Of a stretch of DNA of 59,332 bases, positions 35,835 through 44,600 are shown piece by piece; within the stretch, counting starts at the first letter, position 1, and each line of letters opens with the position of its first letter. Location of the stretch: positions 1 to 59,332 of IMG/VR virus record IMGVR_UViG_3300036814_000177; one strand, given 5' to 3'. A program made the translations under genes and the position numbers. The DNA comes from a virus (Duplodnaviria; Caudoviricetes). The notes below the pieces were generated by a model. That model worked only from the letters and a program-made list of their open reading frames with translations, was not told where the DNA came from and did no database searches.

Positions 35835-35960
35835 GTGACTTGGAAAACACTAAAATCTAATATTAAATTCGTTGCGAAATCGAAGCCTTTTGCGGCTAGT
35901 TTTGTGTTCGGAACCGGCGTCCTTATAGGATACTGTGTTAAGTTACTAACTAGTTTCTAG
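35835..35960 (+). CDS. Small membrane protein (41 aa)
   Basis: AAGGAG RBS and GTG start; hydrophobic C-terminal half. Confidence 0.55.
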   Translation: MTWKTLKSNIKFVAKSKPFAASFVFGTGVLIGYCVKLLTSF

Positions 35961-35984
35961 GGTTTACGGGGTCGGAGTAACACC

Positions 35985-38825
35985 ATGGCCGCTATTAAAC
36001 TAAAGAAGTTTTTAGGCACCGCCCCGAAAGTATCATCGGAGCTACTCCCCGATGGTGCAGGGCAGACCGCCTATAACCTACAGCTATATTCTGGTGATCT
36101 TATCCCGTATAGTGAGCCTGCGGTTATCGACAGCGTTCCTAGGCTAGGTACGCTGAAGACCCTATATGCCCTACGGGCCACCCCCGCTAGCTCCCTCGAA
36201 TGGCTCACATGGTTGACCGATGTGGACATTATTACTGTGTCTGACTCGTCCGATGACGAGCAGCGGTTTTACTATACAGGCGACGGTGTGCCCAAGGTAT
36301 CAAACTACGCACTGGCTACAACAGGTTCTGAACCATATCCCGGCACATCCAACACATTTTACAACCTTGGCCTCCCCCTGCCCACAGTAACTCCCACAAC
36401 GTCCGCCGCATCATTCTCCGCGTTGACGACGGCCTCGTACGAGCGAGACCCAGGCAACACAGCTATTCTAACTTTCAGTAGTGCCCATGGCCTGCGTGAT
36501 GGCAACATCGTTACAGTCCGTGCGTTCACCGGTGACCCCGCCGTGGACTTCAACGTGATTAATACACGGATCACTGTCACCAGTGACACCACGTTTGAGT
36601 ATTATAACGCCGGGGATACAGAGGCTTTGGCGGCTGACACCAACGGGCGGGTCGATCTCGCAGGTGGCACCATCACTCGTGACTACACCTACACTTGGTA
36701 CACTCCGTGGGATGAGGAGAGTGTAGGTGCTGTTCCATCTACCACGCTCTTCATCAAGGAGGGGCAGCAGGTTACTGTAAGTGGGCTACCTACTGCTGCG
36801 CCAGCAGGTGATAACTTTATTAGTGGTATGAAGCTCTACCGAACACTAAGCTCGGCGTCAGGCACTGAGTTCTACCACCTGTCCACGCTATGGTTCCCCG
36901 TTTTAGGCTCAACTGGTGCGCTTGCGAGCAATGTTGTTACCATGGTCTTCGCTAGTCACCACAACCTCATCGTGGATGATAAGTTCAAAATTGCTAAGAG
37001 TGCCGACTCGACGTTTGACATCATTGATGGTGTGGTCCTCTCAGTACCCGATGATCTGACTATTACCTATGCCCAGACGGCGGGCGACATTACCGAGAAG
37101 GCTGAAGCTACGGCTACCATGTACCATAATGTTGCTGAGCTTCCGGCTGATACCGCCCGCTATTACGGCGATGATAGCATCGAGCCAACCTTAGTTGAAC
37201 GTAACACCAGCGTAGTCCAGTTAACCACAGCGGCAGTACACGGGCTGCTGGTTAACCAGAAGATCACTGTATCTGGTATGGCTGACGCTACATACGACGA
37301 GTCTACAGCGGTAAGTATCGCTACGGTGCCTAGCACGACGACGCTCACCTATACTTCGCTTGGCGGGGTAGCTGTGTCTACGGTTGCGCGTACCTCCAAC
37401 GTGGTGACTGTAACCACAGCGGCTGTGCATGGTTTCTCTACCAGTGACGTAGTCACGATGAAACTTATGACGGACTCGACCTTTGACAGTGAAGATGAGT
37501 CGATAACTGTCACCGACACCACCCACTTCACCTATGCCCAGACTGCTGACGACGTAGGCACTAAAGCCGATACCACTGGTCGTTGCCAACGCGACGACAC
37601 CAGCGCGGCTGATACGACAGGCATTATCACCAACGACAGCTACTTGGACGACTTTGACTTCCTTAATCTGGTGGATATTCTGCTCTCAGACGATTACGAT
37701 GAGCCTCACGCTGACATGATTGGCCTTACGCTGGCGCAGAACAATATGGTTGCCGGGTTCTTCGACAACCAGTTGTGCTTCGCTGAGCCAGCCAAGCCTT
37801 GGGCTTGGCCCTTGGCGTACCGCATTACGTTTGAGTACGACATCGTAGACATCGAGACTGTCGGCGGCTTTCTGATCGTTTTAACTAGCAAATACGCTTA
37901 CCGCGTAGCAGGTAATGACCCACTGACGTTAAGTATCTCCCGTATTGACACCCCGTATCCGTGCCTCTCTAAGCGGTCAGTGGTTAACATGGGGTATGGC
38001 GTTATCTTCGCTACGTACGGTGGCCTAGCTTTGTGGAACCTAAAGGGGCTGTCCCTTGCGACTGAGTATATCCATGACTGGGATACGTGGGACGACGACA
38101 TTGACCCCACCACCATTGTTGGGCATTTCTTCGATGATAAGTATTTTGGGTCTTACACAGGTGGGTCGTTCCTCTTTGAGCGTGACGAGAAGGTAGGCGG
38201 GTACTACACAACCGCCGGGCACCAGTTCAACAGTGCATGGACTGACGTATCCACCAATGCGCTCTACACAGCCAGTGACACACTTGGTAACGTTACCCAG
38301 TGGGGAAGCTCCACTTGGCCCCTACGCCCCATGGAGTGGAAGTCAAAGACCATCGTTACCAAAGACTATATCAACGTGGGCGCTGCCCGCGTGGTCGCTG
38401 ATTACACCGCAACCGCTGAAGATATTACAGCGTACACCACGTACAACGATGGCATCGTTGCATATAACACCCTTGTATGGGCTGACAGTGAGCAGCTTGG
38501 CGGCATTAACGGCCCTACTGACTACGTCGATACTGGTGGGGTGGACGTTAATAACTTTGGCTCGTTTAATACTGGGCTGGTGAATGGCCCGAGTGGGCTT
38601 AATGCAATGGTCAGATCCACGCGCACCGCGCCGTCCACGTACTCTCTTGTGTTTAAATTGTGGCAGAATAAGACGCTGGTTTACACTGAGGTAATCACCA
38701 GTGATAGCATCTTCCGTTGCCCAGCGGGGTATAAGTCAGATACTTTTGAAGTGTCTGTCTCTAGCTCCGCGAGAGTAAGGGCGATCCACATTGGGGAAAC
38801 TCCAGATGGGTTGAGGAAAGCATAA
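35985..38825 (+). CDS. Tail nozzle / stabilisation-like protein with repeated beta-domain insertions
   Basis: YTYTWYTPWDEES, MKLYRT, LCFAEP..PWAWP, CLSKRS and MEWKSK motifs, plus four HG-containing repeats. Confidence 0.75.
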   Translation: MAAIKLKKFLGTAPKVSSELLPDGAGQTAYNLQLYSGDLIPYSEPAVIDSVPRLGTLKTLYALRATPASSLEWLTWLTDVDIITVSDSSDDEQRFYYTGDGVPKVSNYALATTGSEPYPGTSNTFYNLGLPLPTVTPTTSAASFSALTTASYERDPGNTAILTFSSAHGLRDGNIVTVRAFTGDPAVDFNVINTRITVTSDTTFEYYNAGDTEALAADTNGRVDLAGGTITRDYTYTWYTPWDEESVGAVPSTTLFIKEGQQVTVSGLPTAAPAGDNFISGMKLYRTLSSASGTEFYHLSTLWFPVLGSTGALASNVVTMVFASHHNLIVDDKFKIAKSADSTFDIIDGVVLSVPDDLTITYAQTAGDITEKAEATATMYHNVAELPADTARYYGDDSIEPTLVERNTSVVQLTTAAVHGLLVNQKITVSGMADATYDESTAVSIATVPSTTTLTYTSLGGVAVSTVARTSNVVTVTTAAVHGFSTSDVVTMKLMTDSTFDSEDESITVTDTTHFTYAQTADDVGTKADTTGRCQRDDTSAADTTGIITNDSYLDDFDFLNLVDILLSDDYDEPHADMIGLTLAQNNMVAGFFDNQLCFAEPAKPWAWPLAYRITFEYDIVDIETVGGFLIVLTSKYAYRVAGNDPLTLSISRIDTPYPCLSKRSVVNMGYGVIFATYGGLALWNLKGLSLATEYIHDWDTWDDDIDPTTIVGHFFDDKYFGSYTGGSFLFERDEKVGGYYTTAGHQFNSAWTDVSTNALYTASDTLGNVTQWGSSTWPLRPMEWKSKTIVTKDYINVGAARVVADYTATAEDITAYTTYNDGIVAYNTLVWADSEQLGGINGPTDYVDTGGVDVNNFGSFNTGLVNGPSGLNAMVRSTRTAPSTYSLVFKLWQNKTLVYTEVITSDSIFRCPAGYKSDTFEVSVSSSARVRAIHIGETPDGLRKA

Positions 38826-39175
38826 TGGTACGTAGGCATGTAGCAACTCCCGAGATTCCGGATACACTTCTTGACTGGCAAGCTATCCTGTTTAGTGCTA
38901 TTAAGGAGAACGTAGAGCTTCTTACGGGGACTCGAGGGGAGGCCGATTTTGCAAGTATGGCAATCGTGAGGGGCGATATTAGCGTTAATCAGGTTGGGAA
39001 CCAGCTTATGGGCAGCGTAAACACTAGCCATAACACTACTCCGGCTTCGCTAGCCACAGCCGCGCCCCTCAACGCCTTCATTGATCTCCGTAATGATGTG
39101 CAGCTGTTAGCCAATGATTTGTTTCGGACTCGGCAGTCTCTCGACCTACTTATCCGAAACATGACGGGGGTGTAG
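38825..39175 (+). CDS. Hypothetical virion protein
   Basis: AIKENVELLTGTRG with a C-terminal coiled coil; TAATG coupling. Confidence 0.7.
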   Translation: MVRRHVATPEIPDTLLDWQAILFSAIKENVELLTGTRGEADFASMAIVRGDISVNQVGNQLMGSVNTSHNTTPASLATAAPLNAFIDLRNDVQLLANDLFRTRQSLDLLIRNMTGV

Positions 39176-39244
39176 AGTATGGCGTCTAATGGCGCTGGCG
39201 ATGACGATGATGGGCCGTAAGAAGAACCACAAGAGGAAGAAGTA

Positions 39245-40867
39245 ATGGCTGTTGCCCCCAACACGTTTAAGCGTACCCCCAAGAGGGTAACGACTAAGGC
39301 TGGAGGCCCCGAGGAAGTATTAATACTTAAGTCGGGAGCCAAGATAGCTGTGACCAAGAGTGAGTTAAAGACTCTTACGACTAACGCCCTGACAGAGAAC
39401 ACAGTTAATGATGTCCGCAAGGCTCTAGGCATTGAAGGTAAGAGGAACTTCCTCAAGGGTGAGGGTAATAAGAATATCATATCCTTCTATGACCCCGGGG
39501 ATGATGCAGGTGATCCAGATGGGGACTCTGCTAGCGCGGATGCTGATGCTGGAACTAGCGGCGAAGACGATGCAGGCTCTGCAATGGACATGGAAACGCA
39601 GATAGCTTATTTCGCTGGGATGCCGACCTCAGCACCGGCGGATGACTACGGCCTACTCAATGCCCTCTCCTCTTTAGCTGAGACTGCTGTTAGCTTTATG
39701 ACGACGGGTGTTGTTAACCCTGATTTCGACGGTAAGTCTATGATTGGCCCGAATTCTAATGCGCCCGGTGTGTCCTTTGGCTTACCGGGTATAGGCCCTT
39801 TCGGCCCCACTGTGGGGGTCAACACAGGTGGCCTCACTGCTGACCCTGGGTTAGTCGCTAATTTCGCGGAGGACGTGGTTGATAAGGGCTTGGCAGATAC
39901 AATCAGTAGCCAAACCACCGATATAGGGGACAAACTATCTGGGCTAGCCGATGAAGCTGGACTGGACACTACCACAGGCGGCCTATCCACAGGCGGCCTA
40001 TCCACAGGTGGGCTTGATGATGGCGTTGGGGATAGTGGCCCATACGTACCGCCTGTCGGTGCGCAGCAGTACGCATCTATGTCACCCCCAGCCTCTTACG
40101 CAAAAGGCGGATTAGTTACCGCACAAGGAGATAACACCATGTCAAAAGTTGAAGAGCTTCTTCGGATCGCTACTGATCCCTCGTTCGACACCGTCGATCC
40201 CGGTGTCTTACAGCAGGGCGCACCCGGCAATACATCCGGCCCCACGATGGATTATAGGATGAACCCTTCCTACGCTGACGGCGGGGTCGTATCGGCAGGC
40301 GGTCCACAACAAGTTGCAGGGCTTGCACCTCAAGGTGCGCAACAGCAGGGTCCGATGCCAATGCCTCAGATGGAGGCAGAGATGCAGCGCATGGCGCAGA
40401 ATAACCCTGAGAAGGTTATGCAGATGAAAAAGGCCATTCAACAGCTTATGCAGGCAGGGGAAGTTACCCCCCAAGAGATTAACATGGCTGTACAGCTTGC
40501 CACTGCTGCCGCGCAGAACCCCTCACTCTGGCCTCAGCTACGTCAGTTCGCTATTCAGCAGGGGCTAGCCGACGAGCAAGACTTACCCCAAGAGTACGAT
40601 CAGGGGCTTGTGTTCACCATTCTGATGGCAGCGAAGGTCGTCCTGTCCGGGCAGGCCGGGGCAGCTTCTGCTCCGCAGTCTCAGAGTCAACCTCCACAAA
40701 CCACTATGCGTACAGGCGGGGAAGTTCCTAAGAGCAACAACGCTGACGGCAGTGTCGCTATCAACGCGCACAAAGGCGAGTATGTCATTCCAGAGGGTGT
40801 TGTGCTAAAGAAGGGCACCGACTTTTTTGATAAGATGATCGGGCAAGATGAAAAAGCCAGCGCTTAA
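39245..40867 (+). CDS. Putative internal virion protein; in-frame internal start at 40139
   Basis: Low-complexity sequence with YAxGGxV motifs and GEYVIP..VV..KG. AAGGAG precedes ATG 40139. Confidence 0.7.
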   Translation: MAVAPNTFKRTPKRVTTKAGGPEEVLILKSGAKIAVTKSELKTLTTNALTENTVNDVRKALGIEGKRNFLKGEGNKNIISFYDPGDDAGDPDGDSASADADAGTSGEDDAGSAMDMETQIAYFAGMPTSAPADDYGLLNALSSLAETAVSFMTTGVVNPDFDGKSMIGPNSNAPGVSFGLPGIGPFGPTVGVNTGGLTADPGLVANFAEDVVDKGLADTISSQTTDIGDKLSGLADEAGLDTTTGGLSTGGLSTGGLDDGVGDSGPYVPPVGAQQYASMSPPASYAKGGLVTAQGDNTMSKVEELLRIATDPSFDTVDPGVLQQGAPGNTSGPTMDYRMNPSYADGGVVSAGGPQQVAGLAPQGAQQQGPMPMPQMEAEMQRMAQNNPEKVMQMKKAIQQLMQAGEVTPQEINMAVQLATAAAQNPSLWPQLRQFAIQQGLADEQDLPQEYDQGLVFTILMAAKVVLSGQAGAASAPQSQSQPPQTTMRTGGEVPKSNNADGSVAINAHKGEYVIPEGVVLKKGTDFFDKMIGQDEKASA

Positions 40868-41345
40868 ACTCGTGGAGCCTACCGTAGAGGTTGATACCCT
40901 TGAGGGGTACGAGCCGCTGCTGCTCTCCACTGTAGAGATACTGGACGTCTATTGGCCGCAGACTGCTGCGGTTCTTCAGCGTTGTGTGGACAAGGCTATG
41001 CACGGCGAGATGACAATGGACGACATCTACGAAGGCATCAAGGCTGGGCGTATGTACGCCCTTATTGCTAAGAATGACGAGGGGGAGCTACCTGATGTAG
41101 CTTTGGCCCTTATATTAGAGACGCAAGCATACCCACAGTTCACAGTGCTAAACATCGCTGCACTTGGCGGGCGGGAGCTTGATCTACTCAAGAGTAGGTT
41201 CTGGAAGCACGTATGTAGCTGGGCATTTATGAATGGTGTCCGGACTATGCAGGCTTCTGTTTCCCCCGCAATGGCCCGTATCCTTAAGCGGTACGGCTTT
41301 AACAAGATTTATGAAACGGTCCGACTGGACCTGACGGAGATGTGA
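40848..41345 (+). CDS. GNAT-fold-like protein of the podovirus tail/ejection region
   Basis: YPQFTVLNIAALGG...W...G...ARILKRYGF pattern, located before the ejection proteins. Confidence 0.55.
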   Translation: MKKPALKLVEPTVEVDTLEGYEPLLLSTVEILDVYWPQTAAVLQRCVDKAMHGEMTMDDIYEGIKAGRMYALIAKNDEGELPDVALALILETQAYPQFTVLNIAALGGRELDLLKSRFWKHVCSWAFMNGVRTMQASVSPAMARILKRYGFNKIYETVRLDLTEM

Positions 41346-41346
41346 T

Positions 41347-42651
41347 ATGAACATTGTGTACGTCCCACCCCTACGGTCCCAGTTGATGGCGTCCACTGCC
41401 CTCACCCCCACGCAACACAAAGGTGGTATTGGTGCTATTATCGGTATCGTGGCCGCCATTGCTATACCCTTCGCAGCCCCCATAATTGCTAGTTCCATGA
41501 TGGTATCGATGGGTATCGCCGCATCTGCTACAGCCCTCTCCGCTACGGCCATGACCATCGGCTCCGCGATTGTGGGGGGTGCATTGGGCGCTGGCCTCGC
41601 TGCTATCACTGGCGGCAACGTCGCCATGGGTGCTATCGGCGGTGCTATCAGTGGTGGTATCAGCGGGTTCGCGGAGGCAGGGACTGCTGGTGGCGCTATT
41701 TCTGGCGCTGAGGCTAATGCGTTTATGGGTCCGGGCGGTGGCGGTTCTGTAGGGTTGCCTTCCACCCTACCGGTGACGTCGCCGGTGTCTCCCGCAGGTC
41801 TGGGGCCGCCAAAACTTGTAACCGATTCGGCTGGTAACACCTTCATCCAGCCAGCCACAAGCGTAGGATCAGACGCAGGATCTACTCTTTCAGGTGGCGC
41901 TATTTCTGGCGCTGAGGCTAATGCGTTTATGGGTCCGGGCAACCCTATGGGGGTCGGTTCTGTAGGGTTGCCTTCCACCATATCGCCCACCTTCATTGAT
42001 AAGGCTGCCAACTTTATCGGTGACCTCCCCAATAAGTTAATGTCCTCTGAGGCTCTCCAGCAGGTAGCAGGGCAGGCTATCACGACGGGCGTTGGCAACG
42101 CGATGGTTGGCGAACCCAACATGACCAACGAGGAGAAAGCCCGGATGGCTGACCTTGAGCAGGCACGGGCCTTCCAGAAGGGGCAGCTTGCGAAGAAGCA
42201 GGCAGTCTCTGACTCCTACTTGCAGCAAGCCGCCAGCACTAACCCGGAATATTACGGTCAGCAGGCTCTTACCGAGGAGCAGAACAGGCTCAACCGCGCA
42301 CAACAAGCTGGGCTACGTAACATCCGCCCGAGTGCTACCGGCCAACGAGCAGCGCAGGTGCAGCGTAATGCCCTACAGAAGTCTCGTTTGAGCGGGTTTG
42401 ATCGTGGTCGTCAGGAAGCAGAATCTAAACGCTTACATTATATGCAAGCTGCGCAGTCCTCCGCCCCCACTGGTGCGGGGTATGCAGGTAACATAGCGGG
42501 TGACCTGAAGGCCGCTGACCTCCGCTATAAACGCAGTGAGAAAGAATATAACGACTACGCTGGTATCCTTGAGCCACTGGCAGCAGACATCTTCTCTGTG
42601 GATAGTGCCGCGGAACGTGAGAAAAAACGTAAAGAGGCAACAGGAGAGTAG
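41347..42651 (+). CDS. DNA ejection / pilot-like protein
   Basis: Gly/Ala-rich hydrophobic N-terminus and Gln-rich helical C-terminus. Confidence 0.7.
   Translation: MNIVYVPPLRSQLMASTALTPTQHKGGIGAIIGIVAAIAIPFAAPIIASSMMVSMGIAASATALSATAMTIGSAIVGGALGAGLAAITGGNVAMGAIGGAISGGISGFAEAGTAGGAISGAEANAFMGPGGGGSVGLPSTLPVTSPVSPAGLGPPKLVTDSAGNTFIQPATSVGSDAGSTLSGGAISGAEANAFMGPGNPMGVGSVGLPSTISPTFIDKAANFIGDLPNKLMSSEALQQVAGQAITTGVGNAMVGEPNMTNEEKARMADLEQARAFQKGQLAKKQAVSDSYLQQAASTNPEYYGQQALTEEQNRLNRAQQAGLRNIRPSATGQRAAQVQRNALQKSRLSGFDRGRQEAESKRLHYMQAAQSSAPTGAGYAGNIAGDLKAADLRYKRSEKEYNDYAGILEPLAADIFSVDSAAEREKKRKEATGE
41689..41979 (+). repeat. Intragenic direct repeats (48 bp at 41689/41893; 25 bp at 41742/41955)
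   Basis: Perfect DNA identity encoding GGAISGAEANAFMGPG and GSVGLPST twice. Confidence 0.9.
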
Positions 42652-42653
42652 TA

Positions 42654-44591
42654 ATGGCCTTCACAACTAGCCCAGCACAGCGGAGCGCTGCTCTTCAAGG
42701 ATCGTTAGACTACCAGCGATACGTGAATTTGCAGAACCAGCGTAACAATCAACGTGATGTCCTCAGCCAAGGGCTTCGTACTCAACAAGCCCCGTCCGGT
42801 AATGGCGCTCCCGCCCCCGGTTTGGGTGAGCAGTCCAATGCACAGAGGCTAGCCGCTCAGCAGCAGGCACAGGCAGAGGCGCAGAAGCGGTTAGAGGAGC
42901 AAAGGCAAGCAGAGGCGCAGAAACAATCCGCAGCCCTCCCACAGCCCGCAGCGCCGGGCCTTGATCTTGCGGGTACACAGCAGCCTAATGCAGCACAGCC
43001 TAATCTACCGCAGGTTAGCCAGAACCAATCGCCTATTTCACAGTGGTTTACGAAGAAGACTGCTGAGGGGGTAACAGGGGCTGCTCGCTTACAGTCTAGG
43101 TTTAACGGGTTCTTTGAGCCGTTGATGCGCCCCTTTACAGGAGACCCAGCGCAACGTGCCCTGTACGACAAGCGCGGGGAGATACGTGACTGGTTCGACT
43201 CTGATGAGGGCTTAGCTGCGGTGAACGCACACCCCGAAGACTGGACGTTAATGACTGACGACCCTGATGGGATCAGTAAGTTTTATACCAAGTACGCAAA
43301 TAAGAGGGCAGCGGCTCTTGCTGTGGCTGAGGATCAGGCTGTTACGGATTGGAAGCCTGTACCCCACACTACGATTGCGCCGGGCAGCGGGCAGATGCAT
43401 GACCTCTATTCGATTGTGATGGGTGCCGAGAGTGGGGGCAGCCCTAATGCAGTTAGCGCAAAAGGTGCTAATGGGCTGATGCAGATCATGCCCAAGACTG
43501 GTAAGAAGCCCGGCTTTGGTGTCACCCCGCTACGCAACACCACCCCCGAGGAGAACTTTCGGTTTGGCTCAGATTACCTAGACGCCATGATGAACCGGTA
43601 CAGTGGGGACTTGAACGCAGCCTTGGTCGCTTACAACTGGGGGCCAAAGAAGGCTGATGCGTGGATGAAGTACGGTGCTGACCCTGCTGCGCTACCCGAA
43701 GAAACGTTTAAGTACGTGAACAAGATCGCTAAGCAGATGGGCCAACCTGCACTCGCTATCACTAACCCCCCTACAGTGATAGGCGGTATAACCCCCGGTT
43801 CTGTCGAGACGACTATCAAAGACAATACTGGTGCTACCCGCAAGATTGCTCCCCGCCCCGGCTTAAAAGAAGGTGCGACAACTGCGGCAGAGCAGGTCGC
43901 CACTAAGCCCCTGAACAAGATTAAAGCTCCCGGCCCCATGCCCTTTGCAGTACGTCAGCAGGAGATGCGCGGGCTACAGCAGCAGAGGCTCATGTTGCGG
44001 GATCAGATCGCCGCCAATATATATGATACAGGCAAAGCGCTAGAGCTACGCGGCCAGTACCACGCGAACGAAGTGCTTATCACAAACCTCGCCACGCAAC
44101 AGGCCATTGACCGGTTCGAGATTAGCGATGACCCCCTTATGCTAAGCCAAATATTATCTACTCAGCAGGGTCGGGACATCCAGATTGGCCGAGCCTCTGA
44201 GGATACGTGGTATATGCGTGTGGATGGGAAGCTATTAGACCAGCGATGGACTAGGAAGCAGATAGTTTCAGAGCAGCGCAGGCGCTCTTCCAAACTCATC
44301 CACGATGGCCTTAAGCAAGCCGCTGCTGCTGGCAAGGCTAAGACAGATATGGAAATCCTCAAGGGTCACTTGAAGATGGCTAGTGATGAGGTTATTGGCA
44401 GGTATAAACTAATGGGTGAGAGGCTGAAGAAGATGGGCATCATCAAGGGGTTAGAGCAGATGTTCAAAGAGACCCCGCGAGGCACCTTCGTTCTTGAGAT
44501 TGAGGAGGGTAAGGACGGTGTAGAGCGTCCGGTATGGAAGCCTATCTCTCAAGGCGGTGGCAACGAAGCGTACTTACTGGATGTTCAATAG
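42654..44591 (+). CDS. Internal virion protein with lytic transglycosylase (SLT) domain
   Basis: AESGG.PNAVS.KGA.GLMQIMP, AYNWGP and ETFKYV motifs. Confidence 0.88.
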   Translation: MAFTTSPAQRSAALQGSLDYQRYVNLQNQRNNQRDVLSQGLRTQQAPSGNGAPAPGLGEQSNAQRLAAQQQAQAEAQKRLEEQRQAEAQKQSAALPQPAAPGLDLAGTQQPNAAQPNLPQVSQNQSPISQWFTKKTAEGVTGAARLQSRFNGFFEPLMRPFTGDPAQRALYDKRGEIRDWFDSDEGLAAVNAHPEDWTLMTDDPDGISKFYTKYANKRAAALAVAEDQAVTDWKPVPHTTIAPGSGQMHDLYSIVMGAESGGSPNAVSAKGANGLMQIMPKTGKKPGFGVTPLRNTTPEENFRFGSDYLDAMMNRYSGDLNAALVAYNWGPKKADAWMKYGADPAALPEETFKYVNKIAKQMGQPALAITNPPTVIGGITPGSVETTIKDNTGATRKIAPRPGLKEGATTAAEQVATKPLNKIKAPGPMPFAVRQQEMRGLQQQRLMLRDQIAANIYDTGKALELRGQYHANEVLITNLATQQAIDRFEISDDPLMLSQILSTQQGRDIQIGRASEDTWYMRVDGKLLDQRWTRKQIVSEQRRRSSKLIHDGLKQAAAAGKAKTDMEILKGHLKMASDEVIGRYKLMGERLKKMGIIKGLEQMFKETPRGTFVLEIEEGKDGVERPVWKPISQGGGNEAYLLDVQ

Positions 44592-44600
44592 GATATTAGT

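Noticed and set aside
39179-39245. 13-aa and 18-aa micro-ORFs before 39245
   Set aside because: They are too short to support. The 18-aa one is TAATG-coupled, but there is no other evidence.
43195-43260. Second CTGATGAG as another hammerhead
   Set aside because: It lies in coding sequence, with no correctly placed GAAA or supporting stems.
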